From the NCBI GenBank assembly GCA_913048525.1, contig CAJWWP010000002.1, positions 12,426 to 76,425 on the forward strand: DNA of 64,000 nucleotides, given 5' to 3'. The notes beneath the pieces are model-generated. The model was given only the letters and a program-made list of their open reading frames with translations, ran no database searches and had not been told where the DNA came from. The stretch's first letter is position 1, and every line of letters starts with the position of its first letter. Below, in pieces: positions 24,059 through 33,815 of the stretch. The position numbers were made by a program, and so were the translations under genes. This DNA comes from an uncultured Chloroflexota bacterium (GTDB lineage Bacteria > Chloroflexota > Dehalococcoidia > Lucifugimonadales > UBA826).

Positions 24059-25387
24059 TCAAACCACTAAGCCCATTGGATTTTCAAGTAATCGCTTGAC
24101 TTCGATCAGAAATTCAGCCCCTTCTACACCATCTACGATCCTATGGTCTGCGGATATTGTAGCGTTCATGATCTTAGCTATCGCTAGCTCACCATTCCTA
24201 GCTACAGGTTTATCCGCAACGGTACCAACGGCTAGTACCGCACTTTGAGGTGGGTGAATAATCGCAAGAAAACTAGTTACATCAAACATTCCGAGGTTAC
24301 TTATGGCGAACGTTCCTCCAGTATATTCCTGGTTGTTTAATGTTCCACTAGCTGAACGTTGGGCAAGGTCTTTAATCATTTGTGACAAATCTCGCAGAGA
24401 CTTGCCACCACAGTCGAGAATAGCGGGAACTATCAACCCTTCTTCTTCAGCAATTGCTACGGCGATGTTTATCGTACTGTTAAATTGAATACCGTCGTCT
24501 TGATAGTAGGCATTAAACTTGGGATATTTTTTGAGAGACTCAATACAAGCTTTTACGATCAGGTCGTTGACTGTTATCCGAACTCCTTCATCCGATAATT
24601 GGTCATTAACTTGTCTGCGCAAAACCATTGCTTTGGTCATATCTACTTCTGCGGATACGTAGAAATGCGGTTTTTCTGTCTTGCTTTTTACCGTTACCCT
24701 AGCAATCTGCTGTCTCATTCGACTGAGGGGCTCTTTGCCGCTAGACATTGAGCCTACTGAAGGACTTATCGGTTCACCACCAGTCTGATTAATCTCGCCA
24801 GCAGATTGTTCAGTGAGTTCTGTGGAATCCATTTCAAAACTTATTTCTTGGGTTGTAGTGCTCGAGGATGGATCAAAAGTCTCCACATCTTTTTTTGTGA
24901 TCCGTCCTCCAGGTCCAGAGCCGGCCACCTGGCCTAAGTCTATACTCATCTCATCAGCTATCCTGCGAGCCACTGGAGTTGCCAATATTCGTGCGACGGG
25001 CACACTATCTGCGGATTCCTGGGGGATACTTCTAATAGGCGCCTGGTTCTCATGTAACTCAGAGTTTGTATTTAATTCATTTTCACTGTCTGAGTCAGAA
25101 TCAGATAACTCATCTAAGTCAGTGGAGGAAGTCAAATTAGTATCCTCGCCCTCCAATCCCACTAGTGCTATCGTTTCTCCAACAGGTACCACAGATCCCT
25201 CACTGGCAACGATCCTGAGTAGGACTCCTTCAGCCTCCGACTCGAATTCCACCACAGCCTTGTCAGTCTCAATTTCTGCGACGGGTTCATTTCGACCAAC
25301 TTTTGATCCTTCCTCTTTCAACCAACGCACCACAGTGCCTTCTTCCATGTCATAGCCCATCTGTGGCATTTTAAGTTCAGTCGCCAT
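24059..25387 (-). CDS. pdhC: 2-oxoacid dehydrogenase E2, dihydrolipoamide acetyltransferase (single lipoyl domain)
   Basis: EIETDKA lipoyl site, ATPVARRIA..GSGPGGRI, ISNLGMF, DHRIVDG. Confidence 0.9.
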   Translation of the reverse strand: MATELKMPQMGYDMEEGTVVRWLKEEGSKVGRNEPVAEIETDKAVVEFESEAEGVLLRIVASEGSVVPVGETIALVGLEGEDTNLTSSTDLDELSDSDSDSENELNTNSELHENQAPIRSIPQESADSVPVARILATPVARRIADEMSIDLGQVAGSGPGGRITKKDVETFDPSSSTTTQEISFEMDSTELTEQSAGEINQTGGEPISPSVGSMSSGKEPLSRMRQQIARVTVKSKTEKPHFYVSAEVDMTKAMVLRRQVNDQLSDEGVRITVNDLIVKACIESLKKYPKFNAYYQDDGIQFNSTINIAVAIAEEEGLIVPAILDCGGKSLRDLSQMIKDLAQRSASGTLNNQEYTGGTFAISNLGMFDVTSFLAIIHPPQSAVLAVGTVADKPVARNGELAIAKIMNATISADHRIVDGVEGAEFLIEVKRLLENPMGLVV

Positions 25388-25425
25388 CTTATTAACGTCT
25401 CCAGCCTAATCCTTTTAAATGATAG

Positions 25426-26403
25426 CTACAGTCCAAAATTGTAAGTAACCGATTCAACTACCCAGTCTGCGCTGGGTATCATTGCTTGCTCTATATTTCT
25501 TGCATATGGTGCGGGGACGTCAGGACCGTTAATTCTCAGAACAGGACCATCAAGGTCATCGAAGGCGGCCTCTTGGATATTACTGGCTATAGTTCCGGAG
25601 AATCCACCTGTTTTCCATGTTTCTTCAACTACGACAGCGCGATTGGTTTTCTTAACTGACTCAACAACTGTTTCCAAATCAAGAGGGGATAAAGTGCGTA
25701 AGTCGATAACCTCGGCAGAAATACCAAGTTTATCTAATTTTTCGGCAGCTTCCTCTGCCACACGTACCATTCCCGAATATGACACAATGGTTACGTCCTT
25801 TCCAGGTCGAGCTATTCTGGCTTGTCCAAGAGGTATTTCATAGTATTCTTCCGGTACGTCTCCTCTTACACGGTATAGTAACGAATGTTCAGCAAATATA
25901 ACTGGATTATTATCTTTGCGGCATGTGCGAAAGAGCCCAAGAGCATCTTGCGGTGTTGCCGGCACAACAACACGTAGGCCTGGAATCGAGGCATACCAGT
26001 TCTCAAAACTCTGGGAATGTGTAGCCGCTAATTGTCCACCTCCACCAGTTACTGTTCTTATTATGAGGGGAACACTTAGTTGGCCATTAGACATATAAGA
26101 CAGCTTGGCGGCATGATTGACGATCTGATCGATTGCTACGAGAGAAAAATTAATAGTCATAATTTCTACTATGGGTCTCATCCCAATCATGGCGGCCCCG
26201 GCTCCAGCACCTACGAATACCGCTTCTGCAATGGGAGTGTCTCGTATTCGGTCTTCTCCGTATTCTTCGAGAAACCCTCTGGTAACAGCATATGGCCCTC
26301 CGTAGGCACCAATGTCTTCACCCATCAGAAAAGTCCGATCATCTGTGTCTAAAGCCTCTCTAAGAGCCTTAGCCACAGCATCTCTAAGAATCATCTCCGT
26401 CAT
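25426..26403 (-). CDS. pdhB: pyruvate dehydrogenase E1 beta subunit
   Basis: GEDIG, DTPIAE, ATHSQ, IDLRTL. Confidence 0.9.
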   Translation of the reverse strand: MTEMILRDAVAKALREALDTDDRTFLMGEDIGAYGGPYAVTRGFLEEYGEDRIRDTPIAEAVFVGAGAGAAMIGMRPIVEIMTINFSLVAIDQIVNHAAKLSYMSNGQLSVPLIIRTVTGGGGQLAATHSQSFENWYASIPGLRVVVPATPQDALGLFRTCRKDNNPVIFAEHSLLYRVRGDVPEEYYEIPLGQARIARPGKDVTIVSYSGMVRVAEEAAEKLDKLGISAEVIDLRTLSPLDLETVVESVKKTNRAVVVEETWKTGGFSGTIASNIQEAAFDDLDGPVLRINGPDVPAPYARNIEQAMIPSADWVVESVTYNFGL

Positions 26404-26409
26404 AACGTA

Positions 26410-27399
26410 CTATGCCTCCGGAGCCGCGTAAATATTTGTATAAAGTGACTCAAGTAGAGGTTCCGGACTTTGCTCGGCGAATTCAACAGCGATTTGAATC
26501 TTGGAATCTATTTCTTCATCAATGCGAGAAATATCCTCACTCGTAAGCAATCCTTCATCGAGGCAGAGTGCTTTAAATCTGTCAATCGGGTCCCGGTTTC
26601 TTTGCTCTTCAACTTCGGAATTTGCCCTGTAATTTGTTGGGTCTGCCATCGAGTGGCCATGATATCTATAGGCCATTGACTCTATGAAGACGGGTCCATT
26701 TCCTTCACGCACTTTCTTGATACCTTCTATCACGGTTTCCCTTACCAGTAAAATATCCATTCCGTCTATTTGGACGGCGGGAATATTGTAAGGCTCAGCA
26801 GCATTGAAGATGTTTTCTCCGCCTGCATTAGACTTATTTACCTCTGTGCCCATTCCGTAGAGGTTGTTTTCTAACATGAAAATAATTGGTAACTTCCAAA
26901 GAGATGCGAGGTTCATGGCCTCATGGAATTCCCCTTCTTGAACAGCGCCGTCACCAAAAAAACACATAACCACGCTGTCTTTTTCTTCCTTCATTTTTAT
27001 CCCTAAAGCCATACCTACGGCGAGGGGGAATTGACCTCCAACAATTGCATGGCCGCCCATGAAATGTTTTTCGGCGTCGAAGAGATGCATCGATCCGCCT
27101 TTACCTCCACTTGTCCCAGTGGATTTACCACAAAGTTCTGCCATTGCTTTATTGGGATCTATGCCTCTAGCCAAAGCGTGACCATGGTCACGGTAGTGTC
27201 CGATTATGTAATCGTCCTCTCTCAGGTTAGGAATGGCACCGACTGCAATGGCTTCTTCTCCAATGTACGTATGGAGGAAACCTCGCACTATGCCTCGCTG
27301 ATACAGCCGCTCAGTTGCTTCCTCAAATCTACGTATTAGAAGCATCGTTGAATAAATATCCAACGCTTGGGCGGTTTCAATATTAATCGTCGTTGTCAT
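26410..27399 (-). CDS. pdhA: pyruvate dehydrogenase E1 alpha subunit
   Basis: GFLH, GKGGSMH, GDGA..NN TPP motif, YRYHGHSMADP. Confidence 0.92.
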   Translation of the reverse strand: MTTTINIETAQALDIYSTMLLIRRFEEATERLYQRGIVRGFLHTYIGEEAIAVGAIPNLREDDYIIGHYRDHGHALARGIDPNKAMAELCGKSTGTSGGKGGSMHLFDAEKHFMGGHAIVGGQFPLAVGMALGIKMKEEKDSVVMCFFGDGAVQEGEFHEAMNLASLWKLPIIFMLENNLYGMGTEVNKSNAGGENIFNAAEPYNIPAVQIDGMDILLVRETVIEGIKKVREGNGPVFIESMAYRYHGHSMADPTNYRANSEVEEQRNRDPIDRFKALCLDEGLLTSEDISRIDEEIDSKIQIAVEFAEQSPEPLLESLYTNIYAAPEA

Positions 27400-27401
27400 A
27401 T

Positions 27402-28793
27402 TTAAATATGAATGGCCTCGCCCATGGTGTCTAAGGCAGCCTCTTTTACCATCTCTGAAATTGTTGGATGCGGGTGTACAAGCAGGCCTATTTCTGTGGC
27501 AGTTCCTTCTAGCATTTTGGTTATAGAAAGTTCGCCGAGGAGCTCTGTCACCTCTGCCCCAATCATATGGGCGCCAATTATTTCTCCGATTTCCTGATCG
27601 ACAATGAGCTTCACCATTCCGTCTGTTTCACCTAATGCAATAGCCTTGCCGCTAGCTGAAAATGGAAATCTCCCAACTTTTATATCAATCCCTTGGTCGC
27701 GAGCTTGCGCTTCACTTAGACCAAAACTAGCAACTTGTGGTTTACAGTAGATTGCTCTTGGCATCAAAGAATAATCTAGTTGTTCAGGATCTAATCCAGC
27801 GATGTATTCTACTGCGACTATAGCTTGGGCAGAAGCCACATGGGCGAGGAGCATTTTCCCTGTGACATCTCCAATAGCGTATATGCCTGAGACATTGGTC
27901 TCCATGTTCTCCCCAACCGGTATAAAGCCCCTATCCGTGGTAACACCGGTGTTTTCGAGGCCTATACCGTCAGAGTTCCCCTGCACTCCGACTGCTACTA
28001 GTACCTTGTCACATTCTAAATTTGTCTCTGTTCCGTCTGACGATATGTTCACATTAGCGACACCGTCAGAGACCGTTATTGAATTTACTGAAACTCCTGT
28101 GAGGGATTTAACTCCATGGTCGCTAAACGACTTTTCAAGTGAGGCACTAATTTCTTCGTCCTCATTTGGAACCAGCCTATCCATTAATTCCACAATTGTT
28201 ACGTCAGATCCGTAGGATCGGTATACGTGGGAAAATTCAACGCCCGTTGCTCCCCCTCCGACTATAATAATTCTTGGAGGTGCTTCACGTAGTTCTAATG
28301 CGTCCCGGCTATTCATAACAACATCGTGGTCGATTGGCATGGATGGAATATCTCTCTGCCTTGCCCCGGTGGCGATAATAATGTTTTCCGAAGTGATAGT
28401 CTCAGAATCTCCATCTGGGGATTCCACAGAAATAGTTTTTGCGTCTATTAGAGATGCTTTTCCGGTTAGATGTTCGACATTATTTTTTCTAAGGAGGTAC
28501 TGGACTCCAGTCGTGAGTTTGTCTACAACCTGTCTACTTCGATCAATTGCTTTGCCATAGTCGTAGTTGAGGTTGTCATAGGATATGCCGTATTCGTTTG
28601 CATCTTTTATGAGATTCAGTACCTCTGCATTTCTGAGGAGCGATTTACTGGGTATACAACCCCAGTTAAGACATATGCCACCAACTGTATCGCGCTCTAT
28701 GATGGCTGTATTGAATCCCAATTGTGCAGCTCGGATAGCTGCCACATAACCACCTGGCCCCGCCCCAATAATAACTACTTCATAGTCTGCCAA
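27402..28793 (-). CDS. lpdA: dihydrolipoyl dehydrogenase E3
   Basis: GAGPGGY, GGICLNWGCIPSK, HPHPTISE. Confidence 0.95.
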   Translation of the reverse strand: MADYEVVIIGAGPGGYVAAIRAAQLGFNTAIIERDTVGGICLNWGCIPSKSLLRNAEVLNLIKDANEYGISYDNLNYDYGKAIDRSRQVVDKLTTGVQYLLRKNNVEHLTGKASLIDAKTISVESPDGDSETITSENIIIATGARQRDIPSMPIDHDVVMNSRDALELREAPPRIIIVGGGATGVEFSHVYRSYGSDVTIVELMDRLVPNEDEEISASLEKSFSDHGVKSLTGVSVNSITVSDGVANVNISSDGTETNLECDKVLVAVGVQGNSDGIGLENTGVTTDRGFIPVGENMETNVSGIYAIGDVTGKMLLAHVASAQAIVAVEYIAGLDPEQLDYSLMPRAIYCKPQVASFGLSEAQARDQGIDIKVGRFPFSASGKAIALGETDGMVKLIVDQEIGEIIGAHMIGAEVTELLGELSITKMLEGTATEIGLLVHPHPTISEMVKEAALDTMGEAIHI

Positions 28794-29051
28794 TTATAAA
28801 AACCTCGGACGGCGCGCAGAAAGATATAATCCCGCGCTGAATTAGGTGCATAATTGTACACCATTAGTAAGGAAATTCACTCACGCTGTTAAGGAGGGAA
28901 TAATAAAAATCTTCGGAAGATCATGTTTGTGGCGGAAGTCGTATTTGATAATCGGGAAAGTCACGAATATGTGGTATAGGGGAGTTTCAGGCATATTAAA
29001 ATTGCGGAATCCGTGGCCTTTTGATCGGTTTATTTTATCCCATATATTTTC

Positions 29052-29080
29052 TTGACACTAAATTTACCCCGCCATACCAT
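29052..29080 (+). promoter_or_regulatory. promoter of the tRNA-Phe/tRNA-Gly transcript
   Basis: TTGACA-N17-TACCAT. Confidence 0.6.
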
Positions 29081-29113
29081 GTATTCCTGCTTTATTCTTA
29101 GGAAACATAATGG

Positions 29114-29186
<73 letters not shown>

Positions 29187-29240
29187 CATCCACGGGCATG
29201 TTGGCAAATTCAGCCGCATGGATTGTGTTGAGATGAACGA

Positions 29241-29316
29241 GCGGAAGTGGCTCAGCTGGTAGAGCATCTCCTTGCCAAGGAGAAGGTCGCGGGTTCGAAT
29301 CCCGTCTTCCGCTCCA
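29241..29316 (+). tRNA. tRNA-Gly (GCC)
   Basis: Acceptor GCGGAAG/CTTCCGC; anticodon arm TCTCC-TTGCCAA-GGAGA; GGTTCGAATCC; encoded CCA. Confidence 0.96.
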
Positions 29317-29324
29317 AACTCATT

Positions 29325-29360
29325 GGCGTAGAACTGTCAATGGTGGTGGCTACGTTTTTA
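29325..29360 (+). terminator. probable terminator after the tRNA pair
   Basis: GGCGTAG...CTACGTT followed by a T tract. Confidence 0.5.
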
Positions 29361-29391
29361 TTAGGACCTCTGTGAAGAGTGTTGTACTTGT

Positions 29392-31068
29392 TTAGATGCT
29401 GGAAAGCTCTCTCTTCATCTGGGCGAGGCCCATACCACCAAGATTTAAGGCTCTAGTGTGCCAGTCTTTAAGGTTGAAGTCGCCTATTGATCTTGCTTTA
29501 GCCTCTTCTCGTGCCTGTAACCAGACTCGTTCTCCGATTTTATAACTTATTGCCTGTCCAGGCATTCCAAGGTACCTGTCTATTTCGCTGGCAACAAAAT
29601 CTTTTGGAAAGTGACTGCGGGTTTGTATAAATTCCAAACCTAGCTCGGGAGTCCACTTTGCTCTAGGATAGAAATCAGAGTCAGCTGGGATCTCCAAGTT
29701 TAGGTGCATACCAATGTCAATAATGACTCTAACTGACCGTAAGGCCTGTGCTCGAAGCATTCCAAGGTAGTAGTCAGGGTTTTCCAAATAGCCTAATTCT
29801 CCCATCAGTCGCTCTGCATAAAGAGCCCATCCTTCTACATAACCAGAGGTACCTCCAAGTTGTCTCTGGTATCTAGACAATGTGTCTTCGTGGAAAACGG
29901 AGGTCCCGAGTTGAAAGTGATGTCCTGGGACGCCTTCATGATAGGCGATTGAAACTTCTCCCCATAGGGGAAATCGAGTTTTACCTCCTGTGGGATACCA
30001 TGTTCTGCCAGGTCTGCTGAAATCTCCTGATGGACGGGTATAGTACATTGCGAGTGCCCCCCCGGGAGGAGCTATCATAGCTTCAATTTTGCGTACGGGC
30101 TTAGGTATATCGAAATGTGTTCCATCTAATTGGTCAATTGTTTTGTTCTGAAGTTCTTGCATCCAATTTTTGAATTCATCCTCCCCTTCTATAGAGCGAG
30201 CTGGATCAGACTCTAAAAGTGCTTTGGCACTTTCAATATCCGATCCAGGAAGTATTTTTTCTGCTGTGGCCTGCATTTCAGATTCAACCCATCTAAGTTG
30301 TTCCCAGCCCCACTCATAGGTTTCTCTCAAATCGATTGTAATGCCATTGTATTCATGGGCGGATAAGGCGTATCTCTCTTCCCCAACTCCATCTTGAGAT
30401 GAGGCGTGGTTTATGTACTCAGAGGTTAAAAAATGGCTAAAGTCACTGAAGGCATTCTTGGCATTTGCAACTCCAGATCTAATATCCGAGCTTAGGGATT
30501 CAGACAGAAATTTTGATTCGTTATAGGAATTCTCAAGGTCACTGAAAAAAGAAAATTCACCACTGGTCCCAGAGTGAATCAAAGCCTGCTTAGAACATTC
30601 AATCGTTTGCCTTTTAGTAGATACCAAGTTGTCTCTGACACCCTGGCGCAGCGTTTCCGTGTATCCATTTAATGCACCTGAGACTTTTGAAAGCCTGGAA
30701 GCAATGTTTTCCCAGTCTTCCTGATTTTCCTGAGGCATATAGTCGAAAATCATTCTAAGGCTCTGTAATGGACTCGATAGGATGTTGAGTTTTCGAAATG
30801 GTTCTCCTCTTTGATAGGCCTCCAAATCTGCTTCAAGATCTTCAGTTATTACCTCCTTTGCTCTCCTATCAGCACTGTTGTCTATAGGAACGGTTTTCAA
30901 TTCTTTCAGGGTGTTCCGGGCCAGATCAGCACTTTTAGAAATGCCTTCGGGAGAAAAGTCTCCGAGTTCTCTTTCGTATCCTGGGACACCCAAAGAGGTA
31001 GCGGCTATGGGATGCAGGGCGGCAATTTTATCTACCAGCTGATCGGATATTTCATATATACGGGTCAT
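29392..31068 (-). CDS. DUF885 family protein (putative metallopeptidase-like)
   Basis: AYHEGVPGHHFQ, YVEGWALYAERL, EIDRYLGMPGQAISYKIG; ATG at 31068. Confidence 0.88.
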   Translation of the reverse strand: MTRIYEISDQLVDKIAALHPIAATSLGVPGYERELGDFSPEGISKSADLARNTLKELKTVPIDNSADRRAKEVITEDLEADLEAYQRGEPFRKLNILSSPLQSLRMIFDYMPQENQEDWENIASRLSKVSGALNGYTETLRQGVRDNLVSTKRQTIECSKQALIHSGTSGEFSFFSDLENSYNESKFLSESLSSDIRSGVANAKNAFSDFSHFLTSEYINHASSQDGVGEERYALSAHEYNGITIDLRETYEWGWEQLRWVESEMQATAEKILPGSDIESAKALLESDPARSIEGEDEFKNWMQELQNKTIDQLDGTHFDIPKPVRKIEAMIAPPGGALAMYYTRPSGDFSRPGRTWYPTGGKTRFPLWGEVSIAYHEGVPGHHFQLGTSVFHEDTLSRYQRQLGGTSGYVEGWALYAERLMGELGYLENPDYYLGMLRAQALRSVRVIIDIGMHLNLEIPADSDFYPRAKWTPELGLEFIQTRSHFPKDFVASEIDRYLGMPGQAISYKIGERVWLQAREEAKARSIGDFNLKDWHTRALNLGGMGLAQMKRELSSI

Positions 31069-31179
31069 AGACGGGTTCCTCAAAAGTTATATTTGGGGAT
31101 AAAAACCTAAGAAAATCAATTATCTATTCAGCCGCAAGAAGGTATTAACGGCTAAAAATGATTCAGAATATTGGCGGGT

Positions 31180-31608
31180 TCAGCCGGAGGGCTTGAATTT
31201 CAGCAAAGTAAAGTCTTCATCTATATCTTCAAAAGTTGCAATGACATTCATATCCACTTGTACGTTTTCAGGGTCGCATTCCAAAATGTTTGAAGGTATT
31301 TTTGGTCCTTCAGCGAGTTCAATTATGGCGTAAATGTGACCGTTGGCCGATTGGAAAGAAGGATGAACAGATTGCTTGACGTGTGTATAGCTATACACAC
31401 GTCCCTTTCCAGATACTTTTGTCCAGCTTAAATCCATAGACGTACATTCTGGACAAGCTTCTCGAGGATAAAAGAAAATACTTGAACATGAATTGCATTT
31501 GGGCAATATCAGTTCGTGTCTTTTGGTGGCTTCCCAGAAAGGTTTTGACAAATCTTCATGCAATGGGACCGGCAATGGCTTGTCGTACGCTGAACTTTCT
31601 TTTGTCAT
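31180..31608 (-). CDS. Zn-ribbon/OB-fold DUF35 protein (thiolase partner)
   Basis: PFWEA, CNSC..FYPREACPEC, SGKGRVYSYT, IELAEGP. Confidence 0.9.
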   Translation of the reverse strand: MTKESSAYDKPLPVPLHEDLSKPFWEATKRHELILPKCNSCSSIFFYPREACPECTSMDLSWTKVSGKGRVYSYTHVKQSVHPSFQSANGHIYAIIELAEGPKIPSNILECDPENVQVDMNVIATFEDIDEDFTLLKFKPSG

Positions 31609-31671
31609 ATCGTTTCCCCAACCATGGCCATTTCCCAGTTTGCAAAAATTTGGATATTCGGTTTTCTGTGG

Positions 31672-32841
31672 TTAGAGTGTGTCCTCGGACCCGAGGACCA
31701 GCGAGCACATTTCACTCGCTGTACCGCCTCAACCATTAACTAAACACAAATCGTCTTTCTGAACCTGTCTGCTGCCAGCCTTCTCCATTATCTGACGGGC
31801 TCCTTCAATAACATGGCGAAACCCCCCCGCGAGTCCTGGCTGACCTCCAGATAGTTGCCCGCCGTCAGTGTTGATAGGAAATTCACCCTTGTATGTTGTA
31901 TCCGTGGACTCGTAAAAAGGTCCCACCTCACCCTTTCCTACCAGTCCAGCATCTTCGAGGCACACGGCCGCGAGTATGGTGTATCAATCGTAAAACTCCG
32001 CGAATTCCATATCGCTCGGTTCATATCCCGCCATAGCAAGTGCCCTCCTGGCGGAGTCAATCGCTGGAGTTTCGGTGAATTTATCACGTTGCCATATGTT
32101 TGCTTCTCCCTGTTGTAACCCTACTCCCAAAATATAGGCGGGCCTTTTAGAGATAGTTTTGGCTCTCTCAGGTGAGGTTATGATCAATGCGGCAGCACCA
32201 TCACATGGCATTACAGATTCTAGTAGCTTTAACGGTTCGTTGATGTATCTTGAGTTAAGGACATCTTCTTTAGAGGCAGGCTGTCCGTTGAATACAGCAT
32301 TAGGGTTATCTTGTGCATTGAATCTTTGGTCGGCAGCCATTTTTGCCATCTGTTCTTCCGTAGTACCATACTCATGCATATGGCGTCTGTATATGAGTCC
32401 ATAACCGGTATTGGCTCCAGGAGCCATACCATATGGTTCTTCCCACTCAGACCGTACGCTGGGCCCCGCAGCTCCCCTTCCAGCGATTCTTCCCTGACGT
32501 TCTCCTTCTTCTCGAGAATTTCCCATGACAACTAAGGCAGTGTTGCATATGCCTGCGTTTATAGCAGCTGCGGCTACCATAGTTGCGGTTGCCCCGCTAG
32601 CGCCTTGCATGGCAACGCCGGTAGCAAACTGAGGCTTGATTCCGATGTATTCCGCAGTCTGCGGTGGAGCGGCGACACCATCGGTGACCAGGCCATCAAT
32701 GTCCTCTTTTTTTAGACCGGCGTCGCTAAGCGCCAACGCTGTGGCTTCGGCACATAGGCCCATCAAGGAACGACCTTGGTGAACACGTCTTGTTGGGACC
32801 TCACCAATTCCGACAATTGCCGCTTTTCCTCTTAGACTCAT
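31672..32841 (-). CDS. thiolase-family (SCP2/Ltp2-like) protein, 389 aa, with two in-frame UGA codons (codons 286 and 371); candidate selenoprotein
   Basis: One frame: MSLRGKAAIVGIG...PCDGAAA...EFYD*YTILAAVCLEDAG...INTDGGQLS...CLVNG*GGTASEMCSLVLGSEDTL-TAA; the ORF track splits it into 31984..32841 and 31729..31965. Confidence 0.85.
31699..31728 (-). promoter_or_regulatory. candidate SECIS element for UGA371
   Basis: After the UGA: GGCGGUA-CAGCGAGU-[GAAAUGU]-GCUCGCUG; 8-bp stem, loop +16..+22. Confidence 0.6.
31950..31983 (-). promoter_or_regulatory. candidate SECIS element for UGA286
   Basis: After the UGA: UACACCAUAC-UCG-C-GGC-[CGUGU]-GCC-U-CGA-AGAUG; loop starts at +18. Confidence 0.5.
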
Positions 32842-32932
32842 CTTAACCTGACCTTGTCACAAACAGCTCGAGTTGATAAATGCAACACCGCTTCGAATCT
32901 TACTACATATGGTGTATCCGGGATTTGTATTC

Positions 32933-33796
32933 CTAGATGCCTTTTAAGAAACCTTGGATAGCGTTGTAGAGATCAGTTTCCCTTCCAACATAGCCATGGT
33001 TTGCAGAGTCAACCATCTTTAACGATAAATGTGGAGAATGGGTGCCTATGTGTTTTTCGATTGTCCGGCGTGCTAAACCGCAGACTGGTAGTTCTTGCGG
33101 ATCACCTATCTTAGTTTCGAGCTCACCAAAAATGAACAAGGTTGGTATTTGGATTGCCAAAGCATGCCTGCTCATCTGGTACCGGTCATCCTTATTGAAG
33201 CAATCAACGAATGAAGCAGCTGCCCATGTTGATCCCCAAGGCAACCCTGGCTGTAAAAGTTGTTCTGGATTTCCGTTGGCAATGGATAACTCAGCGAGTG
33301 AGAAGAATTCTTTAAATTTTTCCCCGTGTAATTCAACTATTCCCTTGTGGTTGTACTCGCCTGGGGATACTGGGATCAATGCTTTGACGTTACTGAATTG
33401 GGAAGTTGATTGAGCGTAAATTGCCCTCACAGCCCCACCACTGTGGCCTCCAACCGCTATATTTTGGTGGCCCATGGTCGCGAGGAAGTTAACCCAAGCC
33501 TGTATGTCTAATGGAGATTGTGAAACTGACTCGAATGCGTAGCCGCCCTTTACATCTGGGTTACCAGTCGAGGATATAGTGTCATGACCACGCCTGTTGG
33601 CGGATAAAAAAGTGATACCCTCCCGCGATAGCATTTCTCCCATTTTGAGATAAAGAGGGTTATAAAAATTACCGCCGTCTCCATGGAAGAAAAGTAGAGC
33701 CGATATGTTGCTGGGGGTGTCAGCAATTGTCGAAAACAAGGCGCCTGCGAGGGTTACATCATCTTCTGTTTTGGTATGCACGATTTTCGCGTTCAA
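32933..33796 (-). CDS. alpha/beta hydrolase (DUF1749-like)
   Basis: FFHGDGGNFY, GHSGG nucleophile elbow, ANHGY. Confidence 0.8.
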   Translation of the reverse strand: MNAKIVHTKTEDDVTLAGALFSTIADTPSNISALLFFHGDGGNFYNPLYLKMGEMLSREGITFLSANRRGHDTISSTGNPDVKGGYAFESVSQSPLDIQAWVNFLATMGHQNIAVGGHSGGAVRAIYAQSTSQFSNVKALIPVSPGEYNHKGIVELHGEKFKEFFSLAELSIANGNPEQLLQPGLPWGSTWAAASFVDCFNKDDRYQMSRHALAIQIPTLFIFGELETKIGDPQELPVCGLARRTIEKHIGTHSPHLSLKMVDSANHGYVGRETDLYNAIQGFLKGI

Positions 33797-33815
33797 GTTA
33801 CATTTCCTGAATGCA

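Noticed and set aside
31672-32841. Thiolase as a pseudogene or as two separate genes
   Set aside because: Both interruptions are TGA, in frame, in active-site loops and followed by matching hairpins, with no frameshifts or TAA/TAG. Disfavoured, but not formally excluded without orthologs.
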